Positions 40,574-50,634 of a DNA stretch of 64,000 nucleotides are shown piece by piece. A program made the position numbers and the translations under genes. Position 1 is the first letter of the stretch, and each line of letters begins with the position of its first letter. The stretch covers positions 3,461-67,460 of the forward strand of contig JBPOIA010000002.1 in the NCBI GenBank assembly GCA_052034975.1, given 5' to 3'. The notes under the pieces are model-generated. The model made no database searches. It was not told the origin of the DNA and was given only the letters and a program-made list of their open reading frames with translations. Source of the stretch: Candidatus Moraniibacteriota bacterium (GTDB lineage Bacteria; Patescibacteriota; Minisyncoccia; Moranbacterales; UBA1568).

Positions 40574-41782
40574 TTAGAGCTGCCCCGCGATGTTGTAGAT
40601 TGGCATCAATACTCCAACAACCAGTATTCCGACGCCGATACCGAGAAACACGATAAGCACCGGCTCGATAAGTGTCGTCAACGTCCGGGTCATATTGTCC
40701 ACTTCCTGACTATAAAAGCGCGAAACGCTCTTGAGCACTTTCGAAAGCGTACCCGTTTCCTCGCCAATGCGAATAATCTGAGAAACGATCGGGGGCATTT
40801 CGTGCGTCTGTATAAAGACACCGCTCATCGCGCCACCGGTCTTCACTTCTTCTGCAGCCCGAAGCACGATCTTTTGGAACACGCGGTTCCCGATTACCTC
40901 GCTCACGATAACAAGCGACCGCACGACTGGGATACCTCCATTCAAAAGTGCAGCCAGGTTTTCCGCGAACCGGGTGATGTAGATATTGCGAGCGAGTGTC
41001 CCGATGACCGGAATCTTCAGGATGACCATTTCCAATTCCCGCCGACCCGAATCGGTACGGATGTAATAAATGAACGCGCCGACACCAGCCGCAAGCACCA
41101 TCAAGACCGCCCACCAGTAGATCTGCATAAAATCCCCGATCCAGATGAGCACCGACGTATACCATGGTACGGGGACATTCAAGTCCTTGATAAGGATCGT
41201 GATCTTTGGCAAGATAAATGTCACCACCAAGAATCCGATAATAAACGCGACCAAAAGCACGAATGCCGGATAATACATCGCACCGCGAATTTTCGACATC
41301 AACTGGTAGTTTTTCTCGATGTTCTCGGCCACGAAACTGATGGACTTCTGCAAACTGCCGGAAACTTCGCCGGCCCGGATCATATTGATCGTAAGCGCGG
41401 AAAAAACGTCCGGATGTCGCTCCAAAGCGTCCGAAAACGACATTCCATCCTCGATATCATCGCTCATCTCTTTGATGATGATGCGCAGATACTTGTTGCC
41501 GGACTGATCGCTAATAGTGCGCAACGACGAAACGATCGGCACGCGCGCCTCGATCAGAGTGGACAGCTGCTGGAAAAAGATGACGAGCTCCTTTTGGCTC
41601 ACGCCTTCCCAGATCTTTTCGACGCTTTTCATCAGTCCGGAAGAATGCTCTTCCTCTATGATAGAAATCGGCGTCAGACCGTTCTTGCTCAGGATACCTG
41701 CTGCGGCTGCCTGATCGAGTGCCTCGACGAACCCTTCTCGCACTTGTCCCGCATCGTTCTTCGCCTTGAAGATGAATTTCAT
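40574..41782 (-). CDS. pilC: type IV pilus platform protein PilC/GspF
   Basis: AGEVSGSL, AMYYP, GEETGTL, LIEP, MPIY. Confidence 0.95.
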   Translation of the reverse strand: MKFIFKAKNDAGQVREGFVEALDQAAAAGILSKNGLTPISIIEEEHSSGLMKSVEKIWEGVSQKELVIFFQQLSTLIEARVPIVSSLRTISDQSGNKYLRIIIKEMSDDIEDGMSFSDALERHPDVFSALTINMIRAGEVSGSLQKSISFVAENIEKNYQLMSKIRGAMYYPAFVLLVAFIIGFLVVTFILPKITILIKDLNVPVPWYTSVLIWIGDFMQIYWWAVLMVLAAGVGAFIYYIRTDSGRRELEMVILKIPVIGTLARNIYITRFAENLAALLNGGIPVVRSLVIVSEVIGNRVFQKIVLRAAEEVKTGGAMSGVFIQTHEMPPIVSQIIRIGEETGTLSKVLKSVSRFYSQEVDNMTRTLTTLIEPVLIVFLGIGVGILVVGVLMPIYNIAGQL

Positions 41783-41826
41783 AGTCGCTTCGCGTTTTAT
41801 GTTTTATGCGTAATACGTATATTGTA

Positions 41827-42909
41827 TCATCCCTTGCCTCCGATGAGCATCTGGAGGTATTCGCGGTTCTTGGCATACGTCAGCGCGTCGTTCACTGATA
41901 TCAGCCCGCGCCGCACGAGGTCGGCAAGCGACCGGTCGAGACCCATCATACCGTCTTTCAGGCTCGTTTCGATGACGGAATCCAGCTGATGGCCCTTGTT
42001 CTCACGGATCAGATTCTCGATGGCGTGATTCTTGAACATAATTTCTATCGCCGGAATACGACCGCCACCTGTCCGCGGCAGAAGCCGCTGTGAAATGACA
42101 CCCAAAAGGACGCTCGCCAATTGGGAGCGGATCTGGTTCTGCTGATGAGCCGGAAAGACGTCGATGATACGGTCGATTGTCTGCGCGCTGTCGTTCGTAT
42201 GGAGTGTCGCAAAGATGAGGTGTCCGGTCTCTGCGGCCGTCATTGCGGTACTGATGGTCTCGAGATCACGAAGTTCACCCAAGAGTACCACGTTCGCATC
42301 TTCGCGAAACACGGCTCGAAGCGCATCGGGGAAATTTTTGGCATCCCGTCCGATTTCGCGCTGGTTGATGATGCACCGGTCCTGATTATAGACGAATTCG
42401 ATCGGGTCCTCGATAGTAACGACGTGCTTCTCCTGATTATGATTGATATAGTCGATGATGGCAGCGAGTGTCGTCGATTTGCCGTGTCCGACCGGCCCCG
42501 TCACGAGCACTAATCCTTGGGAATAGTTGGTGAACCCGTAGAGCGATCCGGGAATGGAGAGTTCTTCCAGGTTGCGCAAACGGTCCATCACGAACCGCAT
42601 CGTCACACTGATATAGCCTTTTTGGAAAAAGATGTTCGTACGGAAGCGCACCCGGTCTTCGAAACTGTATGAGAAGTCGGTTTGTCCTGTCGCGAGAAGC
42701 TCCTGTTTCTTGTCCTCGGTCAGAAGCACGTCGGAAAGCGCCTTGGTGTCGGCCGGCGTAAGAATTTTCTCTTGAGTAATTGGATGGAGTTTTCCATCAA
42801 TACGGAGCGTCGGATACCGCCCAACGACCAAGTGGAGATCAGACGCGCCCTGTTGCCCGACCAAAAGCAGTAAGTTCTTCAGACGTTGTTCGGTATGCAG
42901 CGTTTCCAT
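41827..42909 (-). CDS. pilT: type IV pilus retraction ATPase
   Basis: ASDLHL, TGPVGHGKSTT, TIEDPIE, AAETGHL..ATLHT, AIENLIRE. Confidence 0.93.
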   Translation of the reverse strand: METLHTEQRLKNLLLLVGQQGASDLHLVVGRYPTLRIDGKLHPITQEKILTPADTKALSDVLLTEDKKQELLATGQTDFSYSFEDRVRFRTNIFFQKGYISVTMRFVMDRLRNLEELSIPGSLYGFTNYSQGLVLVTGPVGHGKSTTLAAIIDYINHNQEKHVVTIEDPIEFVYNQDRCIINQREIGRDAKNFPDALRAVFREDANVVLLGELRDLETISTAMTAAETGHLIFATLHTNDSAQTIDRIIDVFPAHQQNQIRSQLASVLLGVISQRLLPRTGGGRIPAIEIMFKNHAIENLIRENKGHQLDSVIETSLKDGMMGLDRSLADLVRRGLISVNDALTYAKNREYLQMLIGGKG

Positions 42910-42955
42910 AATTTTTCTGCGTGTTTTTGAAATGTTTTTTTCAGTATATCACACC

Positions 42956-44647
42956 TCATTCTTCATCCACGAGGATTGCTCCTTCGGTGACGCGCTCCAC
43001 TTCGGAAAGTGTCGTGATACCTTGCAGGGCTTTCAGTATGCCGTCTTGTTTAAGCGTCAGCATTCCTTGATCCTTAACGGCGCTCGCGAGCTCCGCCTCA
43101 TTGCCTTTCTTGTCGGAAATGATTGTATTGATCCGATCATCGATATCGATGACCTCGTAAATGGCAATACGGCCCTTATATCCGGAATTGCCGCACTGGT
43201 CGCACCCTTGTCCGTGATAGAAAACGAGTTTCTGTTTCGGATCAAGTTCGTACGCGGACACTTCCTCGGGAGGAATGGTCTGGAAGATCTCCAAAAGTCT
43301 TTTCTCCTGCGCATCCGTCACTTTGGATTCCTCCTTGCAGTTCTCGCAGATACGCCGCACCAGGCGCTGCGCCGCCACGGCCTTGAGCCCCGACGAAAGC
43401 AGGAACGGCTCGATACCCATATCGATAAGCCGCGGAATGGCACCGAGTGCGTCGTTCGTATGGAGCGTCGAGAGTACCATATGACCGGTCAACGCCGCGT
43501 GAATGGCAAGCTCAGCCGTCTCATCGTCGCGCACTTCGCCGACCATTATGACGTTCGGGTCCTGACGTAGGATGGATCGGAGACCGCTCGCGAACGTATA
43601 TCCGATCTCTGGCTTGATCTGGCTTTGGTTGATGCCCTCTACAAAATACTCCACCGGGTCTTCAAGCGTGATGATATTACGTTCTTCCTGATTGAGAATT
43701 TGGAGAAATGCGTAGAGCGTGGTTGATTTTCCAGAACCGGTCGGACCCGTGATAAGAATAATACCGAACGGCTCACGGATCTTGTTTTCGAGAATGGAAC
43801 GATTCCTGCCCCACAGGCCGAGTTTCTCGAGATCGGTCACGTTCGAACTCTTATCGAGCACGCGCATCACGACTTTCTCGCCCTCGATCACCGGCAGACT
43901 CGAAACACGCAGGTCGATAGCGCCAGTCTCTCCTTCGAACCGGAACCGTCCGTCCTGCGGCTTGCGTTTCTCGTCGATTTTCAGATTCGCCAAAATTTTG
44001 ATTCTCGAAACGACCGCCCGGCCGACCTCCATCGGAAACACAAGCTGCGCCCGAAGCAATCCGTCCACGCGAAACCGCACGCGATAACTCCCTTCGGTCG
44101 GTTCGATATGGATATCGCTCGCCCGACCGTCCATCGCATGCTTCACGATCACTTCGACAAGCTTCGCAATCGGCGCATCCTGAAAAACCTCGGCATCCTT
44201 GTCTTTCCTGATCTCTTTCTTGATCTCGACGACTTCATCGTCTTTTTTGAGTGAGAGAATGGCATCCTTAAGCGCAAGGTCTGTCCCGGTGTAATTCTTA
44301 GCGACCGAATCGAAGACTTCCTTGGATGCCAGAGATACCTCGATGCTCAAATGCTCTTTTTCCGCAAGGAAACGGAGCACATTCAACGCCTCAAAATCCT
44401 GCGGGTTTACCATCGCGACGGACAATGTGTCGTTCTCACGCTTAAACGGAATCATCAGATATTTCCGCGCGGACTCCTCGGGAATGATCGAGAGAATGGT
44501 CTTGTCTATCGCTTTCGGTGCCGTGTCCAAAAGCGGAATCTTGAGTGCCTTGGCCTGAGCCGAAAGAGCCGACAAAGTGTCGGCTGCCTGCACAGAAACA
44601 TTCGGACTGTCTTTTTCAGTCTCTTTCGGCATACGTTTCTCGGACAC
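42956..44647 (-). CDS. pilB: type IV pilus assembly ATPase PilB/GspE
   Basis: ASDIHIEP, PQDGR, GPTGSGKSTT, LRQDP, tetracysteine motif; start may be ATG 44632. Confidence 0.95.
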   Translation of the reverse strand: MSEKRMPKETEKDSPNVSVQAADTLSALSAQAKALKIPLLDTAPKAIDKTILSIIPEESARKYLMIPFKRENDTLSVAMVNPQDFEALNVLRFLAEKEHLSIEVSLASKEVFDSVAKNYTGTDLALKDAILSLKKDDEVVEIKKEIRKDKDAEVFQDAPIAKLVEVIVKHAMDGRASDIHIEPTEGSYRVRFRVDGLLRAQLVFPMEVGRAVVSRIKILANLKIDEKRKPQDGRFRFEGETGAIDLRVSSLPVIEGEKVVMRVLDKSSNVTDLEKLGLWGRNRSILENKIREPFGIILITGPTGSGKSTTLYAFLQILNQEERNIITLEDPVEYFVEGINQSQIKPEIGYTFASGLRSILRQDPNVIMVGEVRDDETAELAIHAALTGHMVLSTLHTNDALGAIPRLIDMGIEPFLLSSGLKAVAAQRLVRRICENCKEESKVTDAQEKRLLEIFQTIPPEEVSAYELDPKQKLVFYHGQGCDQCGNSGYKGRIAIYEVIDIDDRINTIISDKKGNEAELASAVKDQGMLTLKQDGILKALQGITTLSEVERVTEGAILVDEE

Positions 44648-44650
44648 GCA

Positions 44651-45448
44651 TCAATGGAAAGGATTTGGTCTCCCCGATTCCGGCTTTTCGAGCACCGGAA
44701 TGGAATTGGTTGCTCTGTTCAAGGCCCTGCCAACGGTCGAAAAATCGAGTTTTGATTGTTGAAACACCGGAATATTGAGTGCCGATTCTACCGGCTGCAT
44801 CAGAAGATAGCCGAATTTCACCCTGACCGTTCCGATGAGCATCGCCGCCGGATCACCTTCCGTCGCCGACTGTTCGTCTGCCATCACGCCAAATGATTGG
44901 AATTCCTGGAAACGATCCATCCGGGCGACACGATCCAAGAAGGCCTTGATATTTTCGTACGTACCGCGAGTGGAAACTTCTATCGTATAGGCTCTTGGTA
45001 GTGGCGCCTGATATGCCGGAATCGACTGCATCGCCGCGTTCGGATCGCTTCCGCCCAAAGCCGACGTACCAGAAACGCCCACCATATCGGCCGAAACGAT
45101 CGGTTCTTCCACATATGCCGACTTCTGCGGTTCTTCAACTTTCATTGATTCCACAAGTAGCCCGGACTGGGAGGCGGAAAAATTGATGGCATCGATCACT
45201 CGTCCCTGATCCTTGCTTTCGGGAATGTAACGCTTCACGAATTGCTCGGATTCTTTCTGCGATGCGAGCGAATTATAGAGCGTCTCGATATTGCCGATAA
45301 TCGTCTGCATATCGGCCGTCTGCTTTTCCTTGATCGCGAGAATGGATTTTTTCTCCTGGATAAGTTGCCAGTCCGGCTGGATGTATCCGATGCCGAGCAC
45401 CAGCATCATCACGATTAGAAATGGGACGACGAGTATTTTCAAGCTCAT
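44651..45448 (-). CDS. pilO: PilO-like protein
   Basis: N-terminal TM, coiled coil, GTYENIKAFL, GRPNPF; operon position. Confidence 0.75.
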   Translation of the reverse strand: MSLKILVVPFLIVMMLVLGIGYIQPDWQLIQEKKSILAIKEKQTADMQTIIGNIETLYNSLASQKESEQFVKRYIPESKDQGRVIDAINFSASQSGLLVESMKVEEPQKSAYVEEPIVSADMVGVSGTSALGGSDPNAAMQSIPAYQAPLPRAYTIEVSTRGTYENIKAFLDRVARMDRFQEFQSFGVMADEQSATEGDPAAMLIGTVRVKFGYLLMQPVESALNIPVFQQSKLDFSTVGRALNRATNSIPVLEKPESGRPNPFH

Positions 45449-45485
45449 AAATGAAGAGAAAAGATTTAGTGGATAAATGAAAGGA

Positions 45486-46016
45486 TTATTTCCCCGAAAG
45501 TCCGGCGGTAAGCGTGAACGCTATCCGTCCTTCCTTGGTCCGGTTGATCGTATCGACTTTCAACTCGCCAAAAATCGGCTGGGATTTGAGACTGATAATC
45601 TGCTGGGCGAGATATTTGAAATTCTCCGTCTCTCCACCGACGGTTATCGTCCCGTCTTCAGGATTGTATTCGTATTCCCGAAGGATCACGCTCGGAATGA
45701 CGAGGCTTTCCGCTTGTTCGAGGATCTGTTTCGGATCGAGAGCGCCATCAATGTTTTTCGCCATCAAGGAAAGACGATTATCGAAATCCACTATGCGATC
45801 AACCTGCATTCCGCGGAGTTCTGCCGCATGCTCGCTCAAAGCCTGATCAAGGCTCGCGATGTCATCATTCAACGTCTTGATATACCAACGCATCCCGCCC
45901 CATAATCCCGCCACGAGCAGGAACAAAGTGAGGCTAATCATAAGCCCCCTGTCAAAAAGACTTCTTTTTTCCGTTTTTCCCCCCTGCACTGATGGTGAAA
46001 GATTTATCCCGGCCAT
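45486..46016 (-). CDS. pilN: PilN-like protein
   Basis: INL, one TM, coiled coil, ferredoxin-like C-terminus; between pilM and pilO. Confidence 0.75.
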   Translation of the reverse strand: MAGINLSPSVQGGKTEKRSLFDRGLMISLTLFLLVAGLWGGMRWYIKTLNDDIASLDQALSEHAAELRGMQVDRIVDFDNRLSLMAKNIDGALDPKQILEQAESLVIPSVILREYEYNPEDGTITVGGETENFKYLAQQIISLKSQPIFGELKVDTINRTKEGRIAFTLTAGLSGK

Positions 46017-46034
46017 TGCTTTGTGTTTAACGAT

Positions 46035-47150
46035 TTATATTTTTTTACTTAAAAATTTTTTGAGCGAAAACGATTCCTTATGCTCTTCTTTCTTCTTTAT
46101 CCGCGCGTTGATGCCGTTTAACGCGAGGCCGAGCGCAATGGAGAATGATGTTCCAAGCTCCTTGATGGCTGTTTCTAGTCCGGGATCATAGGCTACGCGC
46201 TGCCACGGATTACCGATGCGTACCGGCAATCCCAGCCGTTCCGAATAATGCCGCGTGAGCCCGGTAAGGTGCGCCGTTCCGCCGGAGAGCACAATTTCTT
46301 TGCACTGCGATTCGGGATATTTGGCATGATATGACGCGAGCATCCGTTCCGCCTCGTTTGCGATCATTTGGAGCGCTGGGAACACGAGCGCCGATTCCGG
46401 ATTGTTCAGAAAATCCTTCTCACTCTTTTTCAATGACTCGGCCCGTTCCTGAGTGATACCCAATCCTTCCGTCAACGTGCGGGTAACGTCCTTGCCGCCG
46501 GTATCAAGGTTTCGGCTGACACGCACGACGCCGTTTTCCGTCAGGATAAGGTTGGTCGCGTGTGAACCGATATCGATGACAAGCACGAGTCCCGGCTCAT
46601 CGCCTACGATAGCCCGCGCGAGCGAGAACGTTTCCAATTCCAAAAGCTGCATATCGAGCGTGGCGCGCTGCACATATTCCTCATAGCGTCTCACTTCCTT
46701 GTTGAGCGCGGCCACAAGGAGCACTTCCATCGTCGTCCGGTTGTCCGTCGGAGATACGCGCTGCCCCACCACTTCCCAACTGAGCGCCACTTCGCTCAAG
46801 GGAGACGGGATGTATTTGTGCGCTTCAAATCGGATGGCTTCCTGTAATTCATTCTCTTCCATCGCCGGCAACTCAATAAGCGAGATGAGACCGATGAATG
46901 CCGGCATCGCCACATACGCATTCCGGCTCTTCGGTTTCAGGCGTTCAAGTAATGCCCGCAGATAGAGAGAAAGCTCTTCATCATACGTACGTGTTGAGGA
47001 CGAAAGTACGCCACGTTCCAGCGCCGAAAGACTGACCTGCCCGTAATTTACCAAGACCGGCTGACTGTCTTTGAGCGTCAATTCGACCGCCTTGATGGAA
47101 GACGTGCCAAAATCAATGCCGAGAAAATAAGGTTTATGAAGACCGAACAT
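46035..47150 (-). CDS. pilM: type IV pilus assembly protein PilM
   Basis: LGIDFGTSSIKAVEL, IDIG, LSGG, NPW, GLAL. Confidence 0.93.
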   Translation of the reverse strand: MFGLHKPYFLGIDFGTSSIKAVELTLKDSQPVLVNYGQVSLSALERGVLSSSTRTYDEELSLYLRALLERLKPKSRNAYVAMPAFIGLISLIELPAMEENELQEAIRFEAHKYIPSPLSEVALSWEVVGQRVSPTDNRTTMEVLLVAALNKEVRRYEEYVQRATLDMQLLELETFSLARAIVGDEPGLVLVIDIGSHATNLILTENGVVRVSRNLDTGGKDVTRTLTEGLGITQERAESLKKSEKDFLNNPESALVFPALQMIANEAERMLASYHAKYPESQCKEIVLSGGTAHLTGLTRHYSERLGLPVRIGNPWQRVAYDPGLETAIKELGTSFSIALGLALNGINARIKKKEEHKESFSLKKFLSKKI

Positions 47151-47372
47151 CGTATTTTTTCTTTTTGTCTGTCTCTATTTATGGAAGATCCGGTCCGCCA
47201 AAATTCTGAAAAAAATCGGGCGAGTACCGAAACCAAAACGCTTCCGAGCGTTCATTTCTTCTTTCTTACTATAACATATTCCCGGAATTTTTCAAAAGGG
47301 ATGTCCGGATGGTATCGCATTGACACCGGTACCGATAAAAAATACAATACGTGATACTCTTACAGTAGCTCT

Positions 47373-49853
47373 ATGCTCGAAACAACGTTCAGCCAAAAAC
47401 TCTCTTCGCACGCCCGCAAAAGCTTCCGTGAAGCGCGGGACATCGCCCGTTACACACGGAGCGAAACGATCGAACCAGAACATCTCTTGCTCGCCATTTT
47501 TCTCGAAAACGGCAGCCTCGGAAGTATCCTTCTCGAACATATGGGATTCGAGAAAGAAAGTCTCGCCAAACTCTGTCTGAAAAAGAAGGGCCGCGGCAAG
47601 CCATCGCCGTCCGCGCAGCCGCTACCGCTCGCCCTCTCCACCAAAGACATCCTGCGTCGCGCGTATTCTCTCGCAAGCGAATACCGTTCCTCCTATGTCG
47701 GCACGGAACACCTTATTTCCGCCATTATGGAATCCGAGCACCCGGCGCTCGATGATATCTTGGTCGCGCTCAAGATAGACGACCAAAAGATCAAAGGCAC
47801 CATCGAATCCCATCTCCGCTTCGACCACTTCCCGCAGCTCGGAAAAATGCTTGACCTTCCGGAAAGTTTTCTCACAAAAACCTCTTCCGCAAATGCTTCT
47901 GCGACACCGGCACTCGATCAATTTACCCTTGATCTCGGAATGGACGAACGTGCGGGACAAGAACCGCTCGTCGGACGGGAACAGGAACTCTCACGCTTGA
48001 TCCAGATTCTCACAAGAAAGAACAAAAACAATCCGCTTATCATCGGCGAACCGGGTGTCGGCAAGACCGCGCTCGTCGCCGCGCTTGCGAAGAAACTCCG
48101 GACAGGCGACGTACCGCATTCCCTCATCGGCAAGCGCATCCTCTCGCTTGATCTCACGCTTGTCGTCGCTGGCACGAATTTCCGCGGTGAATTTGAAGCG
48201 CGCTTGAAAGACATCATCAAAGAAGCGTCACGCGACGCGTCCGTCATCCTCTTTATCGATGAAATCCATACTATCGTCGGCGCCGGCAACACGAGCGGCG
48301 GACTCGACGCGGCCAATATCCTGAAACCAGCACTCGCGCGCGGCGAAGTCCGCTGTATCGGCGCCACCACCCTGACCGAATACAAGCGTCATTTGGAAAA
48401 AGATCCGGCGCTCGACCGACGTTTCCAGACCATCATTCTAAGCGAACCGACACCCGAGGAAACGAGACACATACTGACGCACGTTCGCACGGCATATGAG
48501 GATTTCCATCGTGTCCTTCTGCCACCCGCCGTCATCGATATGGCTGTCAATCTTTCGGTACGATACATTCCCGACCGCTTCCTACCGGATAAGGCGCTCG
48601 ATATCATCGACGAAGCCTCTTCACTCGCCAAACAAAAGCACGAAACGAGCATTTCAGGAAGAATCTTTTTCGAACTTGAAGAAGAGCTCCGTACCGTCAC
48701 CGACCTCAAAGAATCGCTCGTGAAGCAGGGAAAATACGACGAAGCCGCCAAATGGCATTCGCGAGAAAGGATGGTCGGGCAAAAGCTCGCTACTCTCCGC
48801 GAACGCGGAAAAAACGAAACGTCGTCCCGGCGCGTTCACGTCACCGAAGAACACATTCTGAGGACTGTCTCACAAATGACCAGCATCCCGTTTTCCAAGC
48901 TCTCTCGTGAACAGCCACTCGAGAAGATTTCGCACCTACACACAGCGCTTCGCAAGCGCTTGATCGGACAATCAGACATCGCTGAAGCGATCGAACAAGC
49001 GCTCATCCGTTCACAAAGCGGCATCGGCGATCCTGACCGCCCGCTCGGATCATTTCTCTTTCTCGGACCGACCGGCGTCGGAAAAACGCTTGTCGGAAAG
49101 ATTCTCGCCGAAGAATTTTTCGGCGATCCGCAAGCGCTCATTCGCCTCGATATGAGCGAATTTATGGAACGACACAGCGTGGCGCAAATCCTCGGCGCGC
49201 CAGCCGGTTATGTCGGCTACGGCGAAGGCGGCAAACTGACCGAAAAAATCCGCCGCCGTCCATATGCTGTCGTGCTTTTTGACGAGATCGAAAAGGCACA
49301 TCCGGACGTTTGGAACATCCTTCTTCAGATCCTCGACGAAGGAATGCTCACGGATGCCGAAGGACGCCGCGTGAGCTTCAAAAACACGCTCATCATCCTC
49401 ACCTCAAACATCGGTACGGCCGCATTCACCCAGACCGCCCGCATCGGATTCGGCAAAGGTGCCGGCACAAACGTCTTTCACGAGCAATTCGAAGCGATCC
49501 GTCGTCATGTCCTCGACGAACTCAAGAAAGAAGTCCGGCCAGAGCTCCTCTCACGTCTCGATCACGTGCTTGTGTTCAATCCTCTTCCGGAAAAATCCCT
49601 CCTCGAAATCACGAAACTCGAGCTCAACAACCTCGCCAAACGCCTGAAAACACGCGGGATCACGCTCCGTTTTCCGGTCGCTGTCACACGTCTCATCGCT
49701 GAGAAAAGCTTCTCGCCAGAACAAGGCGGCCGGCTGGTACGCAAAAACATCCAAGATATGGCCGAAAAAGCGATCGCCGAAACGCTCCTCCATTCCCCGG
49801 ACAAGACTTCTCTCCATCTCGATGTAAAAAACAAGACGATCGTGTGTCGCTAA
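47373..49853 (+). CDS. clpC: ATP-dependent Clp protease ATPase subunit
   Basis: Clp-N repeats (EHL), GEPGVGKT, GPTGVGKT, UVR-like M domain, IGF loop. Confidence 0.93.
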   Translation: MLETTFSQKLSSHARKSFREARDIARYTRSETIEPEHLLLAIFLENGSLGSILLEHMGFEKESLAKLCLKKKGRGKPSPSAQPLPLALSTKDILRRAYSLASEYRSSYVGTEHLISAIMESEHPALDDILVALKIDDQKIKGTIESHLRFDHFPQLGKMLDLPESFLTKTSSANASATPALDQFTLDLGMDERAGQEPLVGREQELSRLIQILTRKNKNNPLIIGEPGVGKTALVAALAKKLRTGDVPHSLIGKRILSLDLTLVVAGTNFRGEFEARLKDIIKEASRDASVILFIDEIHTIVGAGNTSGGLDAANILKPALARGEVRCIGATTLTEYKRHLEKDPALDRRFQTIILSEPTPEETRHILTHVRTAYEDFHRVLLPPAVIDMAVNLSVRYIPDRFLPDKALDIIDEASSLAKQKHETSISGRIFFELEEELRTVTDLKESLVKQGKYDEAAKWHSRERMVGQKLATLRERGKNETSSRRVHVTEEHILRTVSQMTSIPFSKLSREQPLEKISHLHTALRKRLIGQSDIAEAIEQALIRSQSGIGDPDRPLGSFLFLGPTGVGKTLVGKILAEEFFGDPQALIRLDMSEFMERHSVAQILGAPAGYVGYGEGGKLTEKIRRRPYAVVLFDEIEKAHPDVWNILLQILDEGMLTDAEGRRVSFKNTLIILTSNIGTAAFTQTARIGFGKGAGTNVFHEQFEAIRRHVLDELKKEVRPELLSRLDHVLVFNPLPEKSLLEITKLELNNLAKRLKTRGITLRFPVAVTRLIAEKSFSPEQGGRLVRKNIQDMAEKAIAETLLHSPDKTSLHLDVKNKTIVCR

Positions 49854-50587
49854 AAGACTTTCCTGTCTCTTCGCTTTTTTCAACGCTGCGAGAGCGAATA
49901 CTCGATCTCTTCTTTCCCGTTTTCTGCCTCGGCTGCGGCGAACCGCGGGAATTTCTGTGCGATCACTGTTTGAAAAGAATCTCTTTGCGCCAGGAACACC
50001 ATTGCCCGCGCTGTGAACAACGGATTACGCCATACGGGGAACTCTGCCCGAACTGTTTTAGACGTTCCCCGCTCGACGGTGTATTCGCAGCGACCACATA
50101 CAGGATTCCGGTTATCACCCGCGCCGTCCATACGTTCAAATACCGTTTCGTTCCGGCACTCTCCGTCCCGCTGAGCACCCTTCTTTCCGAAGCTTTGCGC
50201 CGAAGCGATCTTCCGCTTCCCGACATCATCCTGCCCGTACCGCTCCACAAACGACGCTTGCGTTTCCGCGGCTTCAATCAGTCCGAGCTCCTCGCTCACC
50301 GTCTCGGCGAAATCGTCGCGCCCGGACTCTCGCTTCCCGTCCTTTCAAACAGCCTGCTCCGCGTACGCTTTACCCGGCCACAGATACAGACCGAATCGCG
50401 CGCCGAGCGCCTGCACAACCTGAAAAATGCTTTTGTTGTTCCGATAGCTGCGCGCGATATTCTTCGCGGAAAAAACATCTGGCTTATCGACGATATCGCT
50501 ACTACCTCCGCCACACTCGAAGAATGCGCTCGCACCTTAAAACAAGTCGGCGCCGCCAAAGTCTTCGGCATCGTCATCGCGAGATAA
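49844..50587 (+). CDS. comF: competence protein ComF
   Basis: Double zinc ribbon, PVPLH, RGFNQS, LIDDIATT. Confidence 0.93.
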   Translation: MSLKDFPVSSLFSTLRERILDLFFPVFCLGCGEPREFLCDHCLKRISLRQEHHCPRCEQRITPYGELCPNCFRRSPLDGVFAATTYRIPVITRAVHTFKYRFVPALSVPLSTLLSEALRRSDLPLPDIILPVPLHKRRLRFRGFNQSELLAHRLGEIVAPGLSLPVLSNSLLRVRFTRPQIQTESRAERLHNLKNAFVVPIAARDILRGKNIWLIDDIATTSATLEECARTLKQVGAAKVFGIVIAR

Positions 50588-50634
50588 AAAAATCTCGCTC
50601 ATCTTCTTTAAAAAGTTACCGATTTGAAGCAATA

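Noticed and set aside
40802-41989. 395-aa plus-strand ORF
   Set aside because: Antisense shadow of pilC/pilT
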